A DNA stretch of 64,000 nt from Octopus vulgaris (GCA_951406725.2 OX597818.1:57226001-57290000), one strand, 5' to 3'. Shown: positions 40,807 through 54,900, counted from the stretch's first letter. Numbers and translations: made by a program. Notes: generated from the sequence alone by a model not told the origin.

Positions 40807-41654
40807 ATTATTACCACTGCATTATATTGCGTCTTGAATGTAAGATATTGCGCAGCTTACATGACACATTTTAGATTAACGTGCAACATCCACGGATTGC
40901 ATAGAATATTTTTAATGTCAACAAATATGCAACGTGCATAGAAGCAAAATAATTAAGTCTGAATATCTCTCCATCTTTATCCTTCCTTCTTCTCTCTCTC
41001 CCCTATTGTGAGTGTGACATGACGTGCCATTTATAATCTTCTCTACATAGAATCTTTTTTCTCTATTGAGATTCTCCTTTATAAGAACATATTGAATACA
41101 CTGCAAGATGTCTTCCGAAAGTTGTACTTCACCTTTTTTATATTTGGTTCAATGTTTTCTTACTTTTTTTTCCCCTTTTCGTCAGTCATTTGACGTTACA
41201 TCTATCACCGGCTGAATGATACACAACAAAATTGTGTAGATTTCGCAATTTTGACAAACATTCAGTTTTCTTTGACATTTCAAAATACCTGAATCAGCTT
41301 TTGTCGACTGCGTTACAGTAAATTTTCCACAAACTGTTTCAGATTTCTAATTTGGTGAAAATATCTCGTATCATTATTAACCATCCCGCTCATTATTCAG
41401 ATATTTCCTTTACGGCTCCACAATTTGATTATCAGCTTCAAACAGGAATATCTTCTCAAATACGGTTTGGACATATTTGGCCTGTAAAAAGACTATTTTC
41501 ACTGCTGTTTGCCATGGTAAAACGGTATAAAACACCAAAGTCATTTTGAAGCGTCACCAACCAATGGACTAATATGCGTTTCAAGCTACTTATGTTCCAA
41601 TCAGTATTGATTATACGGCGGTTTTTCTAGTTTTATCTTAGGTTATATTATTTA

Positions 41655-42050
41655 CTAGCAGTATCGCCCGGCGTTGCTCGGGTTTGTAAGGGAAATAACT
41701 ATATAAGCATTTTTAGAGTTATAGCCAAAAAATAGCAAAAAAATGCATTAAAAATGGTAAATTTTAAAAAAAATCGTTGACTCATCGTAGACATTTTTAG
41801 AGAGTTACTTCCCTTATATAATAGCGAAAAAAATTATGGTAAATTTTTTTTAAATCGTTGACGCATAGTAGACATTTTTAGAGAGTTACTTCCCTTATAT
41901 AATAGTGAAAAAATGCATTAAAATGGAAAAAAATTATGGTAAATTTTTTAAAAAAATCATAGACTCATCGTAGACGCGCGCTAATACCCAGAAGGGCTCG
42001 ATATGAATCACGACTATAAGATACCCGGTTTTGGTTAAACTGCACCGAGA
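41655..42050 (-). mobile_element. Helitron family 2 lacking its 5' end, with internal duplication
   Basis: ctagcagtatcgcccggcgttgctcggg 3' end. Confidence 0.85.
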
Positions 42051-42811
42051 ATTTGGGCTTTTCTCTGTGCAAGGGAGAATATAATGATTCAACGTCACTT
42101 ATACTCAAGTGTTATCATTATACCTAAAACCCTACCACAGTTATAACGTCATATAGACATATACGCATGAAACGCTATATTAATGACATGTATGTTGAAT
42201 ATTTTAATCGTGTCCTTTAAACCGCTATAAGAAACATAAATCAAAGATTACATAAATGCATATTTATCTACGCTCAGTTGAAAAACAAACGTGAAGAGAA
42301 ACATTTTCTCTTTAATTATTTTTTATTATATAAATATAACATTTTATATTATTTACAGTAAGAAAGATAACTTTGTTGCGAAGAAAAACGACTATAAATT
42401 CCTTAGCTAATTTCTTCTTTCTATCTAATACATTAACCAACAAATCAAAATGGATTTGTGATTAACTTAGACATGGCATAAAAATTACCGATGTCTCCAA
42501 AAGAGTGAGTGACGTGGAGTTACGTGACAACCAACGAACACTGAAATATTTTCCAAAATCCAGGGTTTTTATAACTGCTCAACTTGACTAAAAAGAATCG
42601 AAATCCATGACAGATATTCTTTTCGAAACTTCTAGAATCTTTATATGAGCAGTTATATTAACCAATGGAAAAAAAACGAAAATGATAATTCGTCGGCAAT
42701 ACGACATTACGTCATATTGCCAATTCGCGCCACATTTCAAAATGGCTAAAATGGTTATTGCTACAATTACAAAGCAAGAAAACTAGAAAATGACTGTGAA
42801 ATATTGTATCT

Positions 42812-43205
42812 AGGCGACGAGCTGGCAGAAACGTTAGCACGCCGGGCGAAATGCGTAGCCGTATTTCGTCTACCGTTACGTTCTGAGTTCAAATTCCACC
42901 GAGGTCGACTTTGCCTTTCACCCTTCGGGGTCGATAAATTAAGTACCAGTTACGCACTGGGGTCGATGTAATCGACTTACCCCGTTTGTCTGTCCTTGTT
43001 TGTCCTCTCTGTGTTTAGTCCCTTGTGTAAAGAAATAGGTATTTCGTCTGCCGCTACATTCTAAGTTCAAATTCCGCGGAGGTCGACTTTGCTTTTCATC
43101 CTTTTGAGGGTCGATAAATTTAGTACCAGTTGCGTACTGGGGTCGATCTAATCGACTGGTCTCCGTCCCCCCAATTTCGGGCCTTGTTTCTTGAGTAGAA
43201 AAGAA
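42812..43205 (+). mobile_element. Family A SINE dimer
   Basis: Family homology. Confidence 0.9.
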
Positions 43206-43749
43206 TGAGTGCTTAAAAACTCACTATTTTCATTCTCAAATATTTATGAAAATAAGTGGTTGGTTTGGTTAGTGATAGAAAGAAGAATTTTCAATGCAGG
43301 AAAAATAGTCAGACTGTGTTAGGAAGTAATGACAGCCAGTTAAGTTTACATGATGAGAGTAATTTCCTGCAATGGACTGCAATAAAATTTCAATACTGAC
43401 TGAACAGCTAATATCGATCGCACTAGATACAGTACAGGCAATCGGGGCAGTTGGATTTTTAAGCAGTTGGACAGCTATTCGCAACGTGAGCGAATTTTTT
43501 ATTATTGTTTTCGTATATCGGAGACGGTGAATTCTCAGCTAGGAATGTGGTTGATAGAATATACGCCACTAAAGAAACCTAAAGGTCGAAATTCTGGCGC
43601 TCTCGTTGGTCGCTGCTGGGATGAATTATTTTTCTCTTTTTCTCCAATATTAATTATACTTTTAACTAAAGTCAGAAGAAATGTTATTTTAAGAAAAATA
43701 CTGCAGTGGCTGGTCGACTGTGTGTATAACTTAAGTACGATACGTAGAC

Positions 43750-43946
43750 AGCTTTTTGATGTAAATAATTTTTGGTGTTACCATGGTCCGATTTGAATTT
43801 TGTCTTCTACAGAAGGAAGAGAAAGCCTTCTTCTATCATACTCTCAATTTTGGTCAACTTGCGCCGCAGGGTCTCGGAGGAGATAGTGTTAGTTGAAGGC
43901 TACCAAACCTACCATACACAGACAACTTCAGCTTTATATATATAGA
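43750..43946 (-). mobile_element. Helitron family 1, 5' portion
   Basis: Homology to 15355-15552. Confidence 0.82.
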
Positions 43947-44095
43947 TATTCATCTGTGATGGTTCCGCATCAAAGGAAAGCAGATAATTAATAACAGTTT
44001 TCGTATTTTGTTCGAGTCCTAGAAAACTTCACTGCGTCCCCAGAATCATAGAAATTCCCTTAAACAAGACAGAGACCAGCTCGTGATTATAATAG

Positions 44096-44476
44096 GAGCA
44101 CTCCGTCGGTTTCGACGATGAGGGTCCCAGCTGATACGATCAAACGGAACAGCTTGCTCGTGATATTAACGTGCTAGTGGCTGAGCACTCCACAGACACG
44201 TGTACCCTTAACGTAGTTCTCGAGGAGATTCAGCATGACACAGTGTGACAAGGCCTGGCCCTTTGAAATACAGGTACAAGAGAAACAGGAAGAAAGAGCG
44301 AGAGAAAGTTGTGGTGAAAGAGTACAGCAGGGTTCACCACCATCCCCTGCCGGAGCCTCGTGGAGCTTTAAGTGTTTTCGCTCAATAAACACTCACAATG
44401 CCCGGTCTGGGAATCGAAACCGCGATCCTCAGACCGCGAGTCCGCTGCCCTAACCACTGGGCCATTGCGCCTCCAC
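44096..44476 (-). mobile_element. Full-length family C SINE with TSD
   Basis: TSD accagctcgtgattat at 44075 and 44478. Confidence 0.93.
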
Positions 44477-44747
44477 AACCAGCTCGTGATTATGAAGCTA
44501 CTGTAATGTTTAACAGATTTTCTTTTTAAACCAGGTATTAAATATGAAGCTAAATTTCATAGACGAGTCTCCCCTGGGACAGATTGCTTGGGTTTACCTG
44601 AATTTGCAGATCATTAAAGCGATTTTTCGACCAATATAGCTGGGTTGAGATTCTTCTGTAAAGGGCTCACTTAGCGTTAATTCTAAACGACTATCCTTGT
44701 GATGAGTAACAAGATGCTCCAAATACGTGATAGCTAATAGCTTTTAT

Positions 44748-45060
44748 GTGAAGGCGAGCTTACGATCGTGAGGTTGTGAGTTCGATTCCCGGACTGGGCT
44801 GTGTGTTGTGTTCTTGAGCAAGACACTTTATTTCACGTTGCTCCTGATACTCAGCTGTAGAAATGAGTTGCGACATCACTGGTACCAAGCTGTATCGGCC
44901 CCTTTGCCTTTCTCTTGGATAACATCAGTGGTGTGCAGAGGGGAGGCTGGTATGCACGGGCGACTGGTGGTCTTCCACAAACAACCTTGCCCGGACTTGT
45001 GCCTCGGAGGGTAACTTTCTAGGTTCAATCCCATGGTCATTCATGACCAAAGGGTGTCTC
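44748..45060 (+). mobile_element. tRNA-derived SINE with CORE/V-like central segment
   Basis: B-box gagttcgattcc followed by gtgttcttgagcaagacacttt. Confidence 0.7.
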
Positions 45061-45529
45061 CTCAATAGCTATTTGTATGAATATAGATCATTTGAGAATA
45101 AAGCGTCTTCAGTATAGTATGGACACTGCACAATACCGATGCTTGTATATAAATCAAGAGCTCTCGACTGATTGTCTGATATTTATCGAATCAACGTTAC
45201 TTTTGTATGAAAAGGGTTCAACAACCGTTACATCATGTAAAGTGCTTTGATACTAAATTCTCATGACGACGACAGACAATTCATTTACCATTAATAAATT
45301 AAAATTAGCAGCTGTAACAAAGCACGATTATAATGAAAAAGGAAAACATGATCTCGCATTGATCACTTTTAGGAAGTAGACTTCAAATAGATTGAAAAGC
45401 CGATAAGTATTCGAAAAATATCAATAATTTAGAAAAGTGTTGGAGTCGTAGAAGGAGTAGAAAATAAGATGAATGAATTTTCCTGCAACATTTTGTGCCG
45501 TTTATTTACCTGCTGACTAAAGATGTTCT

Positions 45530-45800
45530 TTCTTGCTTACTTGTTTCAGTCATTTGACTGCGGCCATACTTGAGCACCACCTTTAGTCGAGCAAATCGGA
45601 CCCCAGGACTTATTCTTTGGAAGCCTACTACTTATTCTATCGGTCTCTTTTTGCCGAACCGCTAGGTTACGGGGACGTAAACACACACACCAGCATCGGT
45701 TGTCAAGCGTTCGTGAAGTAAAATTATGTAGCAACACCAAATGGCGGTACCCCAGCATGGCCACAGCTCGTGAGCTGAAACTAGATGACATAAAAATAAA
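45530..45800. mobile_element. Family B SINE 3' half (-) abutting a CR1-type LINE 3' tail (+, 45720-45800)
   Basis: ggcggtaccccagcatggccacagctcgtgagctgaaactag matches 54853-54893. Confidence 0.75.
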
Positions 45801-48370
45801 ATTTAAAAAATCCTAAAAAGAAAAAAGGTTGCTTTTTTTGTTGTCAGAAACTTATCAATGTTGTTGTTGTTCTCAACCCCGACCGAGCTTGCTTATTAGC
45901 ACAGATATAACTGCTGATTCAATTTCTTCTTCTTCACAATCGTATTGGGTATAAAACACTAAAAACTATGTGTCTAGAGAATAATTTTACAGAGATTTAG
46001 CTGATACCCTTTGTCGATCGTGTGAGTTCTTACACGTTCTTCATTAGCTTTTTACTGTTTTTTTTTAAAAAAATTCAATATTTTCCCATAAGTGTTGCGA
46101 GTTTGCATTAAGAAAATTAAGAAAATAAAAACGAAAACACGGATCTTTAATATGTCGTTGCTTTTTCTAATAAAAATAGACATCTTTTTTACTACACAAA
46201 TTTGTTATTTTTCGAAACAAAACAAAATGTTTCCTTTTCTTGTCTGTACTAAGAGTTCGATAATTTGGTTTATTGTCACGATCTTCCGTGTAGTCAATTG
46301 TATGTCAGTAGCGCTTCCAACGTCCTATAGTGATTGATAACACTCTGAAAGAAAGAATGGTTGCCGAACACGTGTCTTTAACTTTAACGATTTTTTCACT
46401 AGAGCCAAATACAACGGAGTATTCTTGTAAAATAACAAAACCCTCAGTGAATAGATACAACCTGCTACGAACTAAAGATAAGGCCAAAAATCTTGTCTTT
46501 TATATTTTCTTTCATGTATTCTATCATATTTCTTCCTCAGCTCACATATTCTTACATAAAAGAAGTAAAAACAGTAAAACAAAATGTGCACGTCTCTTAA
46601 AGCAGTAACTTCTTACTTTTTCCTTAACGCGGGTGTTCAATAGTTCGGGGGGGGGGGGAATAAACAGACAATAATTGAGAAAATCTATAAAACTCAAGTT
46701 GTTCCTGAGCAGAAAAAAAACAAAAAAACAAATTGAAATTGGAATTATGAACGACACAAAGGAACGCAGAAGAGAATTGACATTTGGAAAAAGACAACAA
46801 TAAGTCTAAAGTTTGAAAAAGAGAAAATATAATACGATGCAGATTGAAGAAGATATCAACATAAAAAGTTAAAAGTTGGAAAATAAAAGAGCAGAGAGGA
46901 GAGCGAGGAGAGAGAAGGGGGAAGTGAGGAGGACATGGAGAGAAAAACGTCTTTGTTTCCAAAGCGTTCGGAATGAATAGCAGCGCATGTTTGGTCAATC
47001 GTTATCACCGGCAGAGCATGTCGTCTGTGCGTTCACTAACAGTCAGCATATCGAAGAATGGCAAAGCAATTCCGACTCTGTTGAAACACATTATTATGTA
47101 CTTACCTGTAGTTGTATTACATGCACAAGTCTTTGTTAATAAAGACATTTAACTAACAAAAACGGAACAGATTTCTCTTATGAACAACTCTATAGTGGAA
47201 GGATTCAAACTGTTAAGAATTGCAGATAATGGCAGAAAGTTCCATCTCTTATCAAATGTCATATAGTCTCAATACTATACACCCGTCACCACTCCGTCCA
47301 ACGTTTCTTTACAATCGGTGGCGAGTCGTCAGTGCCTGTGGACAGTGAATCGGAGGAATATCTTGCGACATATGTTTCGTTAAGTGTTCAAATTCCACCA
47401 AGGCCAAAAGTGATTTCCAAGCTTCCAAAATCAATCATCTTTGGTGTCATGGTGTCGAAAACGGTAGTGTGGCCGGAAGGAAACCAAGTGATATTTATTC
47501 CGGGATTTTACGTCGGTCTGATTTCAAATCTTACTATAGCCTATATGGTTGGTAGGCTTACCCTATTAACCAATTTAACACCAAGGATTTGATTCTGGGA
47601 TCATTCATAGCAGAGGTCACTCCTTTGCATCTACTGGTTCTGTCTCTATCACGAGGACATCTCTCTGACTAACCTCAAAGGTATTGATCTTCACTCCTGA
47701 CTAGGAAGTAAAAAAACTTCCACTTAAACATTTTTCCAGACGATTAACATTCACTATTTTCATATATGTTAATATTCACACACACACACACATACATACA
47801 TATATATATACATGCGTAAATATGCATACATATATATGTTCATACATACATTTACATCTACAAACATATACATACATGCACACACACGCACGCGCCTTTA
47901 CACACCACTGTCTTTAAGAAACAAAAGAGAACGCTTTGAGAATTTTATCATTGATAAGAGGAAGAAAATATTTACATTGTTTCAAAATATGCTACCGGTT
48001 TCAATCGCTTAAAAAGTTGATTTAGTCATGCTGAAAAGAAACTAAAATAATTTTATGAATCTGTCTTGATATCACTTCTGGAAATTCACATATTTTTGTG
48101 CTACTTTTCTTTATTAATTTGAATGAGTTTATCTTTTGGAGTAAAACATAGAAAAGAGTACCAGCCACTTTCATGATGCGGATATATTCTTCTTTACTTT
48201 ATTATAAAATTCAATAATGCGTCTCGTACGTTTCTTTGTGTCCTTCAAGTAAAAATACCCTTTTCTATTGGTTTTAATATTATTCCCCCCTTCACTCTCT
48301 CTCTCATCGGCATCCCAAACCGGCGGTCTAAACGATTCATTGAGTTCTATATTTAAGGGATGAGGAATTA

Positions 48371-48525
48371 TGTACATTATTTACAATTGACGGATAGTTT
48401 TCATCTTGTTTGTTGTTAACACAACGTTTCGGCTGATATACCCTCCAGGCTTCATCAGGTGTCTTGGGGAAATTTCAAACCTGGGTTCTCATTCCTAAGG
48501 TATTTTTCGATGGTTTTATCATTAC

Positions 48526-48578
<53 letters not shown>

Positions 48579-48788
48579 TCACTGTTTGGAATAGAACTCG
48601 GAATCCTGGGGGCTAGTATAATAATAATAGTAATGATAAAACCATCGAAAAATACCTTAGGAAAGAGAACCCAGGTTCGAAATTTCACCAAGACACCTGA
48701 TGAAGCCTGGAGGGTATATCAGCCGAAAAGTTGTGCGAACAAGAAACAAGATGAGAAAAAATATCCGTCAAATGTAAATAATGTAAAC
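48371..48788. mobile_element. Head-to-head inverted pair of the tRNA-head/(AAT)n/HHR element
   Basis: 48371-48535 inverted to 48620-48788; tRNA-like remnant at 48573-48618 (-). Confidence 0.88.
48418..48463 (-). ncRNA. Minimal type-I hammerhead ribozyme with palindromic stem III (mutated mirror copy at 48692-48737, +)
   Basis: gacac-CTGATGA-a-gcctgg/tcagcc-GAAA-cg-TT-gtgtt. Confidence 0.8.
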
Positions 48789-49255
48789 GACGTCTCAGAG
48801 TGTAAATTAACGTAATTAATTAATAAGAACATATTTAATCAAGCACTCTGTGACTTCTCGCAGTATTATATGATTCTGAAAGTTTTAATTAAGCTACATA
48901 TAAATAAATGAATTTTGCTGTTTATCTCATAAAATATGTAACGAAATCCATTCTTTATTTCGATAGTTCCGAAACTTCATTTTCCATTTTTGATGTTTGT
49001 TTGAATTTCACTGCGTCGTACGTCATAAATCGATTTGTCCTTAGTTGCTTTAGAATGTAAGAATTGGAATTAATTGCTGTGTCATAGAAATATTCTATTA
49101 ATAATAATTTTCCAGACAGAAAATTTGAAAAGACCAACTTTTACGTAATTTCTATATCATTTGTGTTAGCGTAATTTGACTCATCTTCTCTTCATAACAT
49201 AATTTTTCTGCAGATAATTTTGATATGAAAACAATATAAATTTGAATATGAAACA

Positions 49256-49712
49256 GTGGCTGTGTGCTAAGTAGGCGTAGGGAGTGGCTGTGTAGTAAGT
49301 TAGACGCAGGAGTGGCTGTGTGGTAAGTAGCTTGCTTACGAACCTCATGGTTTCGGCTTCAGTCTCACTGTGTGGCACCTTGGGCAAGTGTCTTCTATTA
49401 TAGCCTCGGGCCGACCAAAGCCTTGCGAGTGGATTTGGTAGACGGAAACTGAAAGAAGCCCATCGTATATATGTATATATATATATATATATATGTATGT
49501 GTCTGTGTATACGTTTGTGTGTCTGTGTTTTTGTCCCCCTAATATCGCTTGACAACCGATGCTGGTGTGTTTACGTCCCCGTAACATAGCGGTTCGGAGA
49601 AAGAGACCGATAGAGTAAGTACTAGGATTACAAAGAATAAGTCCTGGGATCGATTTGCTCGACTCAAGGCTGTGCTCCAGCATGGCCGCAGTCAAATGAC
49701 TGAAACAAGTAA
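49256..49712 (+). mobile_element. Family B SINE with reiterated head
   Basis: gtggctgtgt three times at 49256, 49284, 49312. Confidence 0.9.
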
Positions 49713-50088
49713 ATGTGTGAACATTTTCCTGCAATATTTTTAGTTTCCTTTAATGAAACTTGGAAGAATTAATCATTTTAATTTTTAGACAGATTTTCCT
49801 CGCTTTCTAAATTTGAAAATGGACTGAAACTATCAGTAAAGTTAAATATTCAAAACATTTTTATTTAATATATAACTTCAGTTTTCCAATTCCATTTCCA
49901 GCTATTGTAGGTTTCAAATAAATAAATTTACATTATCTTTTCTAATTTCACCTGCAGCAAATTTAACATTGTAACCAATTAGTTAAAATCTACTAAAAAG
50001 ATTTCCGATGGTGATTTACAAACTTTGAGATATTCATTTCAATTAACTATCCAATGTATTTAATGGATCAAACTGCATTTTATTATTA

Positions 50089-50590
50089 ACTAGCTGGCCA
50101 CGTGCCGTCAAAACTGACGGCTAATTGTAGCATTTTATATATAAGGTACAAAACAATCACAGATACAAGCATTCACATAATTCCCTTGTACACATACACA
50201 CATATACTTAGAGTTGAAATGCTGTTTGACTTTTTTTCAGCGTTGATTGTTCACCATCCCATTTCTATGGCACACACACACCTCCCTTTTACATATACAC
50301 ATATATTCACACAGTTGAAACGCTGATAATGGTTCACCCCTTCCGTCCTTATTCATCTATCTCCCCTTCCTTTCTCCATCTGTCCCCCTTTCCTTTCTCT
50401 ATTATTTTCTCTCACTCTCTCTCAGTCAGGGCTATTACTCTCACTACTTCTCCTTCACTGAATTACTATTTTCTCTCCTCTCTTCTACTACTCTTTCTCC
50501 TTTTCCGTCCTACTCCTACTCTGTGATTTTGGACACATACACACTTACGCACACACATATAAACACTACGCTCATTATTAATTTAGGAGA
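50089..50590 (-). mobile_element. Non-autonomous Helitron, third family
   Basis: Minus-strand 3' end gccgtca-gttt-tgacggc hairpin + acgtggccagCTAG|T; 5' A|TCtcctaaattaataatg. Confidence 0.65.
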
Positions 50591-51382
50591 TACATTTTAT
50601 AAAGTAGTGGAGTCGGCAGAATCGTTAGTACAGCAGATAAGCGGCATTTCTGTGTTTAGTTGCTTTGTCAGCTACTGAGATATTTGTTTTCTTTAGTACT
50701 ATACGTATATAAGAATGAAGAAAGAAATGCTTCCTTCTCGAGCCATGGCTGGCTCATAAGGGCCGGCTCCCCGGTTTCAGTGGCGTATAAATTCCCCCAC
50801 CTGGACGGGATGCCAATCCGTCGCAGGATTACTCAGGAATTATTCAGGAATAATACCGCATAAGAGTCTTGCACAGGAATATAGTGTAGGTAAATAAACA
50901 GCACTTGCACTAAAGCGGTTGACGTAAATATTCGCCGAACGGTATCTCTCGCTGAGTGCTGACCTCAATCGGCGTGATTTCCGTTGCCGTACGCGGACAA
51001 CCGAATGAATCACCTCCGTGAACTGGTTAAAGCGGTCGGTGTAAATATACGCCAAACCATTGCCGTGCGCTAAATAATGATCTCAGCCGAGATGATTACC
51101 TTCAATGCATCCTTGTTGCTTGATGAAAAAGAACCTTATGGGGTTAAATTAGAAAGATTAGGCGAACGTAGGAAAACGTTACCATCAATGAAATGTGCCT
51201 AAAAATACACTTTCCTAACAGTTGACTTCTTCGTTAAACTGTGCAGCACTTTTAGGAAAGTCTTCTACAATAGCCTCGAGTTGCCTAATTTTAGTAAATG
51301 AAATTTGTCAGACAGAAACCATAAATGAATGTGTGTATACATATGTACGTACACCACATACCTGTGTGTGTGTGTGTGTGTG

Positions 51383-51426
<44 letters not shown>

Positions 51427-51551
51427 GGTATGTAGAAAAATACAACATGGACAAGAACGTATAACTCTGGGAAGACGATACAATAAACACGGACAGGACA
51501 TTCGAAACCCTCAGTCTTCAGTCAAGAACCGGATCATCGTAGTAATTTCGG

Positions 51552-51613
<62 letters not shown>

Positions 51614-52213
51614 AATATATATGTATATATGTAAGTATATTATACATACCTACACACAGTATAAAATAAGAAGTAGGTCACTGAAAAGGAAAATGGGGAT
51701 GAATGGTACGTGGGGGTTGTGCCTGATGAGGAATTTACTAAGTTGGCGTGTTTTTGTTGTTGCACTGTTGTACCATGGTATTGCATGATTCATGGATGCA
51801 GTTTGGGAGTTAGCGGTTTCTGTTCATTTTGGTCGGTCGTAATAAGGGGGACTATCATGTATATGGCATGCGGTGTATGTGAGGACGTTTGCTGTTGTGT
51901 TCTGAGCTTGTGTTTTTTTGGGGGGTTGCATTTGACTGGAGTTTGGTGTGTTTAGTGGAAAGAACGTTTCTCCTCTTTTCTTTAAGAGTATACGTCAACA
52001 ATGTCAGGATTTAAAGCTTTAAAGTTAGTTAGGATGCATTCAGTTTGTGGTATTCGAGGAAGGCTGTATTTTTGATATTGCATGCTTTGGGTCTTTCTTT
52101 ATAGAAATGATTTCCTCATTAGGTTGGTGGAATGAGGTGGGGGGGTATTCATCCGTAGAATGATTCATATCGTTGATTAGAAAGTTGATTATAAGCACTG
52201 ATTTTCAACATAA

Positions 52214-52244
<31 letters not shown>

Positions 52245-52261
52245 CTTACATATATATATAT

Positions 52262-52462
52262 ACTCCTGTTTCAGCCATTTGACTGCGGCTATGCTGGAGC
52301 ACCGCCTTTAGTCGAGCAAATCGACCCCAGGACTTTGGAAGCCTAGTACTTATTCTATTGGTCTCTTTTTCCGAACCGCAAAGTTATGGGGTCGTAAAAG
52401 CACCACCACCGGTTGTCAAGCGATGTTGGGGGACAAACAGACACGCAAACATATACACACAC

Positions 52463-52513
<51 letters not shown>

Positions 52514-52681
52514 TATGTGAGGGCTTTTTTTAGTTTCCGTTTACCAAATCCACTCACAAGGATTTGGTCAGCCCGAAGCTATAATAGAAGACACTTGCCC
52601 AAGGTGCCACGCAGTGGGAAGGAACCCGGAACCATGTGGTTCGTAAGCAGGCTACTTGCCACACAGCCACTCCTAAGCCTA
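52262..52681 (-). mobile_element. Family B SINE
   Basis: Family homology. Confidence 0.9.
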
Positions 52682-53264
52682 TGTATATATATATTTTCTT
52701 TTTACGAACACATCCACACACATAAATTATAGATGTATAAATATTTGTCTGTTAGTACGTATGTATGAATGAATGTCTGTATGAAGCTTATAAAAAATAT
52801 ACGTGATTCAGTCATAATGTAGAAGAAAGATTTCCTTAAACGTTATTAAATATTTAAGAGGAATTTGAAAAACAAAATATCACGAAATTTTTGGAAAGAA
52901 ACGTTCGTATTGTGTGTACTTTGTCTAAGTGCGTTCGTTGTTCGATCAAATTTTCAAACACAAGTGTTTTAGGCTAATCTGTGTGACAAAGAAGAGACAA
53001 ACAGTTGAATAATATATGGAGTTAGATAAGCGAAAGCGCTTGACCAAAAAACGCATCGAAACTTCAATTGAACAAAAATAGCGTTTTTGGTAATAGTCTT
53101 TGTTAAAAAGAAAGACATTGATTCAAAACATACAGATTATAAGAAGTCCGTTTGCATATCTCTCTTTCTTGTTATAACAAGATTACTTTCTTATATCTGA
53201 GTAATAAGGCGTTTCAGTAGAACATATTTACCCCCGGGAATTACCGGGTACTCCAGATAGTATA

Positions 53265-53266
53265 TT

Positions 53267-53323
<57 letters not shown>

Positions 53324-53390
53324 ACACTTACATATGTATATACATATATGTATTATATATATACATATATTTTGTTTTTATGTAGACACA

Positions 53391-53467
<77 letters not shown>

Positions 53468-53810
53468 GGATACAATTGCTGCATGGAAGCTGTTTATAAG
53501 CCATTTAATAAACACACCTTCCACACTGCAATTGTTTTCGTTCCAGTACACGATCTCAGATCAGGTCACTTGCTATGCAAGTACATCTCCGTAATATATA
53601 TGTAAATATATATATATATACATATATATGTAAGTATGAATATATATATATACATATTTATATATATATATATAAGTATATATATATGCATATATAAGTA
53701 TATACATATATATACACACGCATATATATGTATGTATATATACACATATGTGTATGTATGTAAATATATACATATATATATTTTTTCTTATATACGCCCA
53801 CACACACACG

Positions 53811-53853
<43 letters not shown>
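53265..53853. repeat. (TA)n/(CA)n microsatellite blocks
   Basis: Direct reading. Confidence 0.9.
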
Positions 53854-53858
<5 letters not shown>

Positions 53859-54439
53859 AAAATCACAAAATGCTTTACTACTTATCGAACTTCAAACTAC
53901 GCTGGCACATACACACACACACCTACACATCTACTTAAAGTAGATATTATAAAAACAAGAATGCAATGTAGCAGAGTATGTTCACAGAATTGCCCATGAG
54001 GATATCGCAACGTATCTGTCGCGATTCAGACGACCATAAAATCGCCTGCATCATCCATACACTCCCATGTTTATTCCATCCACTCAACGCAGCACGTCTA
54101 AATCAACACTCCTCAAACATCTTATCTATCTCGCCTCTCACAAAAGAAACGATATAGTCATTGTGATTTACGCTAAGCCGCAACAAGATTATTTCGTATT
54201 TCATTTGTATTTATCATTTAACAGTTGTTTTCACGTCTGAAAATCTTCCTGTATTAAGAAGGAACTGGCAGACACTGTACTAATACTAGTGGAAGACTAT
54301 ATAAAGTAAACAGTCAAGATTTCCGAATTTTAAAGTATCTAATGTAATTTAAACTTTAGTTTATAATCGAAAAACTTCATTGTTGATCAGTAGTTGCTAC
54401 AGTAGTGGTATTGCATACACATACATGCAAATGTATATA

Positions 54440-54507
<68 letters not shown>

Positions 54508-54510
<3 letters not shown>

Positions 54511-54900
54511 TGCCAAATTTTGGCATTGAAAGCTACACCGATGCTAGAACGGGACGACACTGCATAGTGCCAAAGATCCCAGCAATGCCATCACGTTTCA
54601 GGACCAGTTACTGCAACAGCTTAGGTTTCAAGGGCCCACAGCTTTTTAATATTATCCCAAAGAGTCTGAGGAACTTGCACAAAGTAGATGTAGCGGTTTT
54701 TAAATCAAAGCTGGATCTCTTCCTGCCCAGAGTCCCAGATGATCCTGCCTCACGGCAAGAGGTGCAAATGAGGGTAGCTATATCAAACTCCTTTGTTCAC
54801 CAAGTGCCACATATTAGAGGAGGCTCTTAGTAATAAAAGTGTAGCACAAAACGGCGGTGCATCAGCATGGCCGCAGCTCTGAGATGAAACTAGAAAAAAT
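54508..54900 (+). pseudogene. CR1-clade LINE 3' end and 3' UTR
   Basis: RTGRHCIVPK..NSLGFKGPQLFNIIPKSLRNL..FKSKLDLFL..VPDDP; tail ggcggtgcatcagcatggccgcagc. Confidence 0.88.

Noticed and set aside
43269-43540. ~90-codon open frame on the minus strand and short exon-like frames on the plus strand
   Set aside because: No recognisable domain and no consistent splice partners
53228-53261. Helitron-like 3' hairpin cccgggaattaccggg
   Set aside because: Ends in ATAG rather than CTAG, and no 5' end was identified
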